Of a stretch of 63,358 bases of DNA, positions 1-8,806 are shown in pieces. Where the stretch lies: positions 1-63,358 of IMG/VR virus record IMGVR_UViG_3300030109_004835. One strand, given 5' to 3'. The stretch comes from a virus. Its lineage: Duplodnaviria > Caudoviricetes. The notes below the pieces were generated by a model. That model was not told the origin of the DNA and searched no databases. It saw nothing but the letters and a program-made list of their open reading frames with translations. A program made the translations under genes and the position numbers. How positions within the stretch are numbered: position 1 is the stretch's first letter; each line of letters begins with the position of its first letter.

Positions 1-488
1 ATTATGCGAAGGGTGCTTGGGCTGGACTCGTAAAACGCAACATCCTCTTGAGTAGTATACCCGCGAGTCACCCTCTTCAAGACACTGAGTAACTTCTCAC
101 CCATGACTTGCCGCATAGTCTCTAAATCGTTGTCAGCAATACCTTGTTTAAGGGCAGCGCGTAACTCAGTGTTGCGGGTATATTCGTCTATAAACTCGTT
201 GAATTCTGTTTCACTAAACGTGTCAATCAGAGTGTCCAGTTCCGCAAGGGGGATTGCTTTGAACTCTGCTATGTGCCCCAGCTCCTCAGCAATAATGGAA
301 TCCATGATGCCTTTAAGGTGCAACTCGTTCTCGACTATTGCACTCTTAGCAAACAAAGCTCTCACTAGATTCTCCCGAACCACATAAATGACGGGTACTC
401 TCTCCCCGTCTTTCTCTACTACTACAGAAGCGAAGGCTTCGTCAGACCTACCTGAAAAAATACTGGGAACTTCATCTGCCGTTTCAAC
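1..488. repeat. Imperfect terminal direct repeat, copy 1 (circular overlap / strain bubble)
   Basis: Matches 62871-63358; identical over 1-77 and 421-488, about 24 substitutions between, no indels. Confidence 0.95.
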
Positions 489-3400
489 CATCGACACTGC
501 GACAGAAGGAGGGATGCTGCTCAAAGATTCTTCCACAAGTGCTTGGATTCCTGCCTCCTGTTCAGCATTCATTTCTCCTGCTTCAAGCCCGCCCTCAGAT
601 CCGAAGGGACTAAACCTTGCACCTGAGGATTTAGACTTCATAAAGTCAGGCTTCTCCACGTTGCGGTAACGCGCCCTAGCCCTATCTATTCTAGTCTCTA
701 AATCGCCAAAGAGCGTGGTTTGATCTTGGGCATTACCGATGTTGGCAAAATCTACTAGGTCGTCGAAAGCATCACGGAATTTAGCGTCTGACCGAATACC
801 AAACAAATCTAGGATTGCATCGGCTATGCGCCGGAAAAGATTCCGCTGCTCTTTTTTAGGCTGCGTACTTTTCAGTGTGCTCTGAAACGTAGAAGACGAG
901 AAGAAAGTAGCTATGAACTCTTCAAGACTCGAAAGGGCGTGGTCAAACTCAAGGTTTTCTGCGGCGGGATTCCTAGATTCTGAGGCAATCTTGTACAAAC
1001 CCTCTAACCTTTTCTTAGCCCCACGTTGTTTGGGGGTAAGCTCAGAGTCTGGTTTGGACAGAAGGTCGATAGTAAAGGCATGTAGATATTCATGGAGCAG
1101 TACGGACTCAACCCCTTGTCCGTAGAAACCGGACAGGTTGATGCTTACCATCTTTGATCCATCTGCAAACGTGGTGTAGTTACCTGCGCTCCCATCCTGT
1201 ACATCATATATAGAAAATCTGACGCGGCTAATTAAGTCTGGGTCACGTAGTAGTAACTCCGCTACCAATCGGTGCTGCCTGTTACGGCTAGACTTCTTTA
1301 TCTTATTTAAAGCGTCTATTACAGAAGACGAGTCCCCCGACACAAGGCCCAGCCTATTCACCGTGAACTGATTCTTGCGCCGATAATACTGGAGCTTCTT
1401 ACCAATAAAGATAGACGGGGCGTTATTAACTCCTAACTTAGACAACACTCCTCTGGCGACCTCCTCTGTTATCTCTGGGCGTTTCAGCATCCCTGTCTCA
1501 GAATCAATGGTCCGCAACATGGGAGAGAAATTGCTTATCAGGTTTATCGCTTCCCAATTATTTAGCACTTCTTCTTTTGCAATAGCTTCTTTCAGGCGCA
1601 GGACAAGGGGGTCGGAGGCGTGATTACGCCGCGCTACATTTAACAAATGCTCAAAGATGGGGGCAGGTTGAGTCTGTGCAAGGATGTGAGGCGGGGCCGC
1701 ATCACCTTCAACAGCATCGACAACGCGCCTCAGCGCATCAGTAAACAGTTTTTGTTTTGCTACGGTATCAGGGCCTCTTTCTCTTAGATAGTTTCTTACC
1801 CCTACGCGAATAGCCTTGGCCGCGCTTTCCATGTCGGAGGCGTTGATTGTGGCCGTCCGCCACAGAGCCTGCACTTCGTCGCCAGTAAGGTTGCCGACCC
1901 CAAATTCTTGGATCTGAGCTTCAGTAGCGATGGGTAGATCTTGCTGATCTATACCTTGTTCTGATGCCAGTTCTTGTTGGCTTGTCTCAAACTCAGTGAT
2001 AGTTTGAGAGGCGTCATAAGATATTGTAGAAATATCTGGGAATAGCAGTCCCCGTCGATCTTGGAGCCTTTTACGTGCTCTACTACCTGCATCACGTATA
2101 ATCGCATAGAGGTTCGTAACCGCAGGGTCAGAACCCTCTTTAGTATAAGCTAAGTAGTCTCTTGCTTCTTTACCAAAGAATGCGCGGATAGTTACTTCAG
2201 GCCAGTTTTCAACAAGTGTAACAGAATTGGGGGTGGTTGTAATCTTGGGGCGGTCTTTATTATCTGGGAACCCATACTTCAATAAGAACGCGGCTTTATT
2301 CTCAAGGCTATTAACTTTTTCTCCTACCGGTAGGGGCTTCCTAAACCTAGCTGTAGGTTTATAGTAAACCATACTCTCTGGTTCAATCTGTGAAGACAGT
2401 TCTTCTGTGCTTACTTCGGGGTCTATCTCATGGATGGTAACTACTTTCTGGTCGCCCTCTACTGTAACTGTCCTTTTCCTATAGGACGGGTGGTAGGTGA
2501 ATAGTTGAGTCCTTTTTTGAAGAGTAGTGTATACTTCAGCTAAAGCTAACGCCCTTAGTGTTGCGCTCTCTTCACTTGTAACCCCAACATTGAGTATTCT
2601 ACGTACCGCAAACCCGAACTCGCTAGTAGGCTTGCCTTGTACTATGCTTGAATACTCTTTAGCAAATAACGCGTTCAAAGGAGCGAGTGGCCCCCCTCTT
2701 GCCTCTTTATCTTTTTCGGAATTGAAAACAATTAGTTGCTCTCCTACGGGGTCGCCGTCTTCGTTAGTCTTACCTAGTTCTGCGTTCAGGTAGAACGAAG
2801 GGTAACCAGTGACTTCATTTATTTTTAAATGCCCTTCTAAGTAAGCAGGCAGATCCGTCAAAAGAGAGTCCCCGTAGACAGCGGACCTTTTAGTAAACTC
2901 AGCACCTTCGACAGGTATTTCAACGTCTACAGCGAAGAAAATTTTTCTGTTGGTAAGGGAGTCGAACTTTTCAACAACAGCAATGGCTGGGTTGCCAATA
3001 TACTCCCCATTTTTTATGTAAGAGTCAGGCACTCTTACTATCATCTTCTTTTTTAGAAGAGCGCGAACACTTATAGGGTTGTTATTAAAAACACCGAATG
3101 CCGTGTCAAATTCATACAATGCGCCTGACTTACGGTTAGCTTCTTTGTTTTTAAGTAAAGAGGGCTTACCCACCCCAACCATCAGTTTATTAGACTGAGC
3201 TTCTGTTAAACCAACTGTTTTAGCGGCTTTAACAGCTTCATTAACCGTTAGTACGGGATACAGTTTTTTAATACGGTTATTGATTGTCGTGTTAAGGGCA
3301 TCCCTAGTCCACTTTCTGGTCCTTGTTCCACCTTCCCCAAGCAGTGTATTTGCATTGAATGCCGCATCAGGGAAACCATAAGGTTTTTCTTTTGTTATTT

Positions 3401-6400
3401 TAACTGGAATGCCTGACCTGACATGCTGGTGTACAAGCTCTCTGATCCTGTCTCGCAAAACTCTGTTCGCATATACATCAGGGTACTCGACGTTCTCTTC
3501 AATATCTCCTTCGATACTGTCGGGATCATTCTCCGCAGTATCTTCAGATGCATTGAATTCTTCTCGAAAAACTCGTTTTGATTCTGCAAAGATGTCGCGT
3601 AGGTGGGGCTTTAGTTCTTTTTCTGTGAACGAGACGTTAGGGTCACTAAGTAATTTTTTTACCCACGCTTCAAAGTTAGCTACTTTTCGGGCTATATACG
3701 CTGCCCCAATAATAGCTAGGTCTGCAAGATCTGTCGGATCAACACCTAAATTAAAAGTAGTTCCTCTTTCGCTTCTGTCCTTTCGGCGTTGTTCAGCCAT
3801 TTGTTCCAACCTTCGGGCGACGGATTCAGTCTTAGTGATTGGTCCTTCGTCTTCTTCTAAAGACTCATCTGTTTCTTCGCTTACACTAGCTTCGTTTTCA
3901 GCTACAGCTCTAAGCACCTCTACTGCGGCTTCAGCATCTACCCCAGCTTCGGTTGCCTTCTCAGCATAGTCTTGGAGGTCTTCGTCTGATATTTTAAGTT
4001 CTTCTTGGGCGTCAGCCTCATTGCCTGCTTCGTCTATCAACGCCTGTTCTTCTGCCACTGTAGGGCTGGGAGCATAAGTAAGTGCCCCGACGACATTTGC
4101 GTGCGCTTCAGTAACCCAATAATTAAACGGTTGGTCATTAACGTCCGCTATCTGTGTTGGTTTACCGCCAAATATTAGGCCGACTGGTTCTCCCGTAGTT
4201 GGGTTTACTGTCGAAGACTTCTTAACAGTGACACCAAAAGATTTTAGTTTCTTGTTAAGAGACGTTAAAGTCAGCTCGCCCTTAGGGGGGTTATTTAAGA
4301 GCTTATTTTTTCGTTTCTCTAAAGCGTCTATAATCAAAGCATACTCTTCTTCTGTAACATCTGTAGTAGAAGATGAAGCGACGAAGGGTCTATTAGAGTA
4401 CTTAACTTTATTATCCAGTAACCTTTGGTACAAGTCGGCTGGCAGAGAAGATTTAATAGCAGCTAGTTGGTTAGTGTTCAGAGAAGGCATACTGCCCCTC
4501 CTCGCTTTTTCTGCTTCTTCTCGTGCTTTGTCTGCTTCCTCTCGTGCTTCTGCTTCTTCTGCCTCTTCTCTTTCCAGTGCTTCTACTGTAATTAGGTCTG
4601 AAGGATCTGGGTCTGGTCTAGTAAGCACTTGCGCAGAAAGATCTCTGAAGTAGTCCTCTATTTCGATAGGGGTCGGAACTTTAACCTGAGTCACAGGTAC
4701 TATCTGACCTCCTTCACGACCAGAGGTTCTGATTATTTCTTCCTCAGCAGCGGCTTCATGTTGTTCGGGAGCCGCTTTAGATACGGCGTCTACTACTTGA
4801 TCCGCTGCGTCTTTCTTGATTATGTCCCAAGCCTCGTTGATCTCCTGCATTACTTGCTCCGCTTCAGGAGCAGGATTCACATCAGGGTGATTTGTACGTA
4901 CTAAATTACGGTAAGCAGTTTGTATCTGAGCAAAAGTAGCGCCCACAGCCACGCCTAAACGGGCATAGGCTTCAACAACATTTTGGGGTTTCTCTCTTTC
5001 CTCAACAGGGGTGATCTCAGATGGTTCGGTTTGCTCTTGGGTTTGCTCTTGGGTTTGCGCGGGTTCTCGTGGGCCACTTCGGTAAAAGGGGTCGGTGGCT
5101 CTTTCTGGGTCGATGTTTGCCCTTTCCCTTTCGTCCATGATGTCCTGAACAGCATCTGCTGTCATAGGACTGTCCAGATCTCTCAATTTCTGACCGGCTT
5201 CTTTGGCGCGTTGTGTATTTATCTCCTCCGCTATTCGTGTGGCTACCTCTCTTTTAGCCGCCCTCTCACTAGTAACAGCCGACCCCCGTACGGTGCGGCC
5301 CAGTGTGTCCCTAAAGACGGGCATGCCCAATCCAAAGGCTCCTCCGTAGGCCGCCGCAATAAAAGCGCCAGTGACTCGATCTGAGAAGGGCATGTCTTCT
5401 CCAGTGAACCCCGTCTGAATGAAGCTATTGATGAACTCATCCAGTCCTTCTTCTAAAGCCTCATCAGCAAAATTTTTCCCGTGGCGAAGCATCGCATTTG
5501 TAAAGACAAAATTTTTCCACGAGCTTTTAATCCCATCCGCAGCTATTTTTGCTAAAGCCGCGTCGTAGACATCATCAGGTAATTGCCCTAGTTTCTGGAT
5601 GCTAGATCTGTGAGTAACCGTGTTGGCGACAGTGCGTTTAAGCTGTTCCCTTACTTGGGTAACACTAGCGCGACCGACGATAAAATCTTCTACACCGCCC
5701 ATTCCAATCCTGCGGAACCCAAATACAAGACTTGCTGTAACCGCAGAGGCCATGAGCCCCGCTCCCAAAGCCTTCTGATGTCTTTCTTCAGACGGCATAT
5801 CGTCAGGCAAAGCACTGTACACAGAAGCGTAAGTCATGCCTCCACTGCGGGTAGCCGCAGGTACAAGCATAGCGGGCTCCAAAACCAAACGTTTCGCTAC
5901 TACTTCGTTGTACTTTTTAATAACGTCTACAGCAGTGGCCTTTTCAAAAGCTTCTCTTGTCTCTTTATTGGCGAAGGTTTTCTTTTTCTTGCCGAACGAA
6001 GTGATTAAATCTTTGGCCAGCAGTCTGTCGGCGGCTTGCTCTGTGGTTTCTAATGCCCCTTTAACTGTTTGTCTTTTAAGGGAGCCCGCAATAATACCTG
6101 TAGCTATGCCTTTAGCAGTAAGTTTTGCCCCACTTTTAAGGGCAAGATACCCAGCCCCGCCCACACCGGTAGTCGCGGTTAAGAATGCCGTAGCCCCAAG
6201 ATCAACAGTTACAGGCGCAATCATAGACGAAAGGGTTGTGACCCATCCCACGTTGTCGCCCATCATGTTTGCCAACCGTGCTCTAGCTGCGCGTTCTCTT
6301 TGATTCTTCAGGAGAGTATCTTGAGCCAGTTTATTTGGCTCTTTTCCTCCCGCGCTTGTCGCAGCAACACCTAGCGCAGCGACCGTGTCAGTAAAAGCAT

Positions 6401-7694
6401 CTGGGATAGATCTTAGGACAGACCCCAAAGTCTCATTCCTAAACTCACTGTATTCGTTGTTCTCGAAAAACTCGTCGAAGATTTCGGCCTCTTCTTTGCC
6501 ATCAAGTAATCCTTGAGCTACTGCCTCATTCCACTTAGTGCCTAAGTATGTCCTATTTATGACTTCATTGAAGTCGTTAAACATTGCTCCGTTGAGCCTT
6601 GTTCTCCGTCGCAGTCTTAGTTTCTCTTTCTCTGGTTCAGAAAACCCTGCAATAGATTCTTCAAACTGAGATTTCTTAGCGAGAAGGTCACCATGAATAA
6701 CTTTATCCCCATAACCGTAGGTGCGGACATTGTTTGCTAGGTTCTCATCGTCGAAACTAATAGTGCCTCCTGACATGGCCATCTCGCCAGCCATGTACTC
6801 AACGGCGGCAAGGCGGTCCTTCAACGGTATAGAGGACGAATCTGGCAGTAGGTACTCAAGTTCTTCTACTACATCAGCACGAAGCTCTTCATTTAACTCT
6901 GCATTAACTCTGTCTCCAGAGTCTTTGAACCTATCGACATAACGTTTTATAGAGTTTGTAAAAGAAGTTATATCTTGGTCGCTTTTTAGGGCTGTGTTTA
7001 AAGCGAGTAAGGCATCCTCATAATGAGCCCGCTTGTGAAGTGCTACACCACTATCCCCATAAAGAGTCATCGCCTGCTGCACTCCTCGTATATCGCGGGG
7101 AGTGAGGAACCCAGCGTCCACGCTCTGTTGATAGGCTTCGTAAGTAGTCAGGCCCTCTGCCGCTGGCCCGCTTTTTAAAAAGTAACCGCCCTCAGGGTTT
7201 GCTATGCGGACAAATGGGGATGCCCCGTCTGCTCTTAGTTTGTCTACCGCGCTGTTGTAATTTCTATTTACAACGTCAGTGACATTAGCCAGTAACTCTT
7301 CTTCTTGGGCAAGAAACTCGTTAGTAGCTTCCCCGCTTCCTTTTACTTTTAAGAAAGCGTTATACGACCTGATGGCCGCACCATCTTCAGAGCTGAAATC
7401 TACAACTCCTGAACTATTGACCAGTCGTTCTTTTTCCTCAAACGTTGGTTCTGGTTCTGGCCGATTAAGTGCCTCAGAGATCTGCTCATTTTCAAGACCG
7501 GCTCCTCCTTGTTCAACAGGCGTCCGTAAAGAGTCTACTAAAGTCCCGTTTAGGAGTCGTTCTATCTCTTCGTTATAAGACCCTTCTTTAAAATACGATT
7601 CCCGTAGATGATCCGTGTGGGCGATTCTAAGGTCTACGGGGTCTGTCAGTTCGCTGGTCGCTGACCAGTCTTTGAAGTTTACAAGCTCAGGCAC
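1..7694 (-). CDS. Giant putative internal virion/ejection (large polyvalent) protein, N-terminal part; continues across the junction into 62870-59420 (~3714 aa total)
   Basis: GTG at 7694 (MPELVNFKDW...); manual translation stays open to position 1 and joins DVAFYESSPSTLRIM of the 59420 ORF in frame; contains Gly/Ala hydrophobic helices, J-domain (HPD 4881-4889) and HEYLH (1080-1094). Confidence 0.85.
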   Translation of the reverse strand, partial: MPELVNFKDWSATSELTDPVDLRIAHTDHLRESYFKEGSYNEEIERLLNGTLVDSLRTPVEQGGAGLENEQISEALNRPEPEPTFEEKERLVNSSGVVDFSSEDGAAIRSYNAFLKVKGSGEATNEFLAQEEELLANVTDVVNRNYNSAVDKLRADGASPFVRIANPEGGYFLKSGPAAEGLTTYEAYQQSVDAGFLTPRDIRGVQQAMTLYGDSGVALHKRAHYEDALLALNTALKSDQDITSFTNSIKRYVDRFKDSGDRVNAELNEELRADVVEELEYLLPDSSSIPLKDRLAAVEYMAGEMAMSGGTISFDDENLANNVRTYGYGDKVIHGDLLAKKSQFEESIAGFSEPEKEKLRLRRRTRLNGAMFNDFNEVINRTYLGTKWNEAVAQGLLDGKEEAEIFDEFFENNEYSEFRNETLGSVLRSIPDAFTDTVAALGVAATSAGGKEPNKLAQDTLLKNQRERAARARLANMMGDNVGWVTTLSSMIAPVTVDLGATAFLTATTGVGGAGYLALKSGAKLTAKGIATGIIAGSLKRQTVKGALETTEQAADRLLAKDLITSFGKKKKTFANKETREAFEKATAVDVIKKYNEVVAKRLVLEPAMLVPAATRSGGMTYASVYSALPDDMPSEERHQKALGAGLMASAVTASLVFGFRRIGMGGVEDFIVGRASVTQVREQLKRTVANTVTHRSSIQKLGQLPDDVYDAALAKIAADGIKSSWKNFVFTNAMLRHGKNFADEALEEGLDEFINSFIQTGFTGEDMPFSDRVTGAFIAAAYGGAFGLGMPVFRDTLGRTVRGSAVTSERAAKREVATRIAEEINTQRAKEAGQKLRDLDSPMTADAVQDIMDERERANIDPERATDPFYRSGPREPAQTQEQTQEQTEPSEITPVEEREKPQNVVEAYARLGVAVGATFAQIQTAYRNLVRTNHPDVNPAPEAEQVMQEINEAWDIIKKDAADQVVDAVSKAAPEQHEAAAEEEIIRTSGREGGQIVPVTQVKVPTPIEIEDYFRDLSAQVLTRPDPDPSDLITVEALEREEAEEAEAREEADKAREEAEKARRGSMPSLNTNQLAAIKSSLPADLYQRLLDNKVKYSNRPFVASSSTTDVTEEEYALIIDALEKRKNKLLNNPPKGELTLTSLNKKLKSFGVTVKKSSTVNPTTGEPVGLIFGGKPTQIADVNDQPFNYWVTEAHANVVGALTYAPSPTVAEEQALIDEAGNEADAQEELKISDEDLQDYAEKATEAGVDAEAAVEVLRAVAENEASVSEETDESLEEDEGPITKTESVARRLEQMAEQRRKDRSERGTTFNLGVDPTDLADLAIIGAAYIARKVANFEAWVKKLLSDPNVSFTEKELKPHLRDIFAESKRVFREEFNASEDTAENDPDSIEGDIEENVEYPDVYANRVLRDRIRELVHQHVRSGIPVKITKEKPYGFPDAAFNANTLLGEGGTRTRKWTRDALNTTINNRIKKLYPVLTVNEAVKAAKTVGLTEAQSNKLMVGVGKPSLLKNKEANRKSGALYEFDTAFGVFNNNPISVRALLKKKMIVRVPDSYIKNGEYIGNPAIAVVEKFDSLTNRKIFFAVDVEIPVEGAEFTKRSAVYGDSLLTDLPAYLEGHLKINEVTGYPSFYLNAELGKTNEDGDPVGEQLIVFNSEKDKEARGGPLAPLNALFAKEYSSIVQGKPTSEFGFAVRRILNVGVTSEESATLRALALAEVYTTLQKRTQLFTYHPSYRKRTVTVEGDQKVVTIHEIDPEVSTEELSSQIEPESMVYYKPTARFRKPLPVGEKVNSLENKAAFLLKYGFPDNKDRPKITTTPNSVTLVENWPEVTIRAFFGKEARDYLAYTKEGSDPAVTNLYAIIRDAGSRARKRLQDRRGLLFPDISTISYDASQTITEFETSQQELASEQGIDQQDLPIATEAQIQEFGVGNLTGDEVQALWRTATINASDMESAAKAIRVGVRNYLRERGPDTVAKQKLFTDALRRVVDAVEGDAAPPHILAQTQPAPIFEHLLNVARRNHASDPLVLRLKEAIAKEEVLNNWEAINLISNFSPMLRTIDSETGMLKRPEITEEVARGVLSKLGVNNAPSIFIGKKLQYYRRKNQFTVNRLGLVSGDSSSVIDALNKIKKSSRNRQHRLVAELLLRDPDLISRVRFSIYDVQDGSAGNYTTFADGSKMVSINLSGFYGQGVESVLLHEYLHAFTIDLLSKPDSELTPKQRGAKKRLEGLYKIASESRNPAAENLEFDHALSSLEEFIATFFSSSTFQSTLKSTQPKKEQRNLFRRIADAILDLFGIRSDAKFRDAFDDLVDFANIGNAQDQTTLFGDLETRIDRARARYRNVEKPDFMKSKSSGARFSPFGSEGGLEAGEMNAEQEAGIQALVEESLSSIPPSVAVSMVETADEVPSIFSGRSDEAFASVVVEKDGERVPVIYVVRENLVRALFAKSAIVENELHLKGIMDSIIAEELGHIAEFKAIPLAELDTLIDTFSETEFNEFIDEYTRNTELRAALKQGIADNDLETMRQVMGEKLLSVLKRVTRGYTTQEDVAFYESSPSTLRI

Positions 7695-7723
7695 AGCTAA
7701 GTCAGGTTATATGTTAATGGGAA

Positions 7724-8806
7724 TTATTCAGGGGAGGGCAACATTGCCCTTCGGATATCTCGTTCAGCTCTAGTGTCGGTCAGATCAAGGCGTTCGTCAT
7801 CCACATCCCCTCCGTAAAGGTCGTTTCTTCTAAACCGTAAGGATTTGCGGTACTCTTTAAACATCTCCATGTCAGAGTTAGGGTCTGATTCTGGGTATTT
7901 TTCTTCGATTTCTTTTTCGGTCATTGATGTACTACGCGCCAGATTCTCTACTAGCCTTTGACGATCCAGCGATTTAAACCGCGCCGGTATTTTGTTCTGA
8001 GCCATAAACGCAGCTTTGGCACCTGCATCTCCTGTAGCACTAATCCGGTCCCATTGATTTTGAACGTCGTCGCTCAATGTAGGTAAGACATCCTCAAAAG
8101 AGGATTCAGTTACACTAAGACCTTGTGCAAAGGCAGTGTCACTTTGGAGTTGCTTCTTTTTTGCATCTTGGAATTCTTCTGCCTTCTTTAACTGGTCGAT
8201 GTTTTTCTTCTCTCCGCTGAGGACATCTATACCTTCATCGAAGGTCATCTCTCCACGCAGAAGTTTTCCACCGGCAACATTAGCCTCTGGGCTAGGCAAC
8301 TGTAAAAGTCTATTAGCGAGTGTAGAAACACCTTCTTCTAGTTTACCCTCTTTAGCTTCTATATCAGCACGGGTCTTTGTCTGGTTAAGGGCTGTATTAT
8401 ACGCTTGGGCAATCAACGGTACATTAAGCAGCGCCTGAGGATTTTTTCTCCCCAGATCTTGGATCTGGTTGCGTTGTTCAAGAGGTGGCGCATCACTATC
8501 TAAAATGGCGTCGATACGATCTAAAAAAGCAGGGTCGTTATACTGCCGTTGTAGTTCTTGTTTTTCTTTCGCATCTTTAAAAGCGAGTGCAGAAGTCTTA
8601 AAAGCCATGTCCTGAGCTTGCAAGCGCATCATGTTATTCTGCATAGTCATCATGCGGTCCTGTAAAGGAGCAATGTTCTGTGCATAATTAGCCTGCATGC
8701 TCCTGTAATCAGAAGCACGCATCCCTCCTTCAGGGAAGAAGTCCCCCATGCCGGAAGCGACCTTGCTGGTCTGGATTACGTCGTCGCTATTAAAGTCTAG
8801 AGCCAT
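7724..8806 (-). CDS. Hypothetical helical protein, putative internal virion protein
   Basis: 360-aa ORF directly upstream of the giant gene; coiled-coil-like; function from position only. Confidence 0.6.
   Translation of the reverse strand: MALDFNSDDVIQTSKVASGMGDFFPEGGMRASDYRSMQANYAQNIAPLQDRMMTMQNNMMRLQAQDMAFKTSALAFKDAKEKQELQRQYNDPAFLDRIDAILDSDAPPLEQRNQIQDLGRKNPQALLNVPLIAQAYNTALNQTKTRADIEAKEGKLEEGVSTLANRLLQLPSPEANVAGGKLLRGEMTFDEGIDVLSGEKKNIDQLKKAEEFQDAKKKQLQSDTAFAQGLSVTESSFEDVLPTLSDDVQNQWDRISATGDAGAKAAFMAQNKIPARFKSLDRQRLVENLARSTSMTEKEIEEKYPESDPNSDMEMFKEYRKSLRFRRNDLYGGDVDDERLDLTDTRAERDIRRAMLPSPE

Noticed and set aside
1-488. Diversity-generating retroelement TR/VR pair
   Set aside because: Mismatches are not adenine-specific, no reverse transcriptase is present, and the copies sit exactly at the contig ends
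2745-2770. Virion RNA polymerase (DxDGD) in the giant protein
   Set aside because: Only NEDGD was seen, without RNAP context; host-type sigma70 promoters are used throughout
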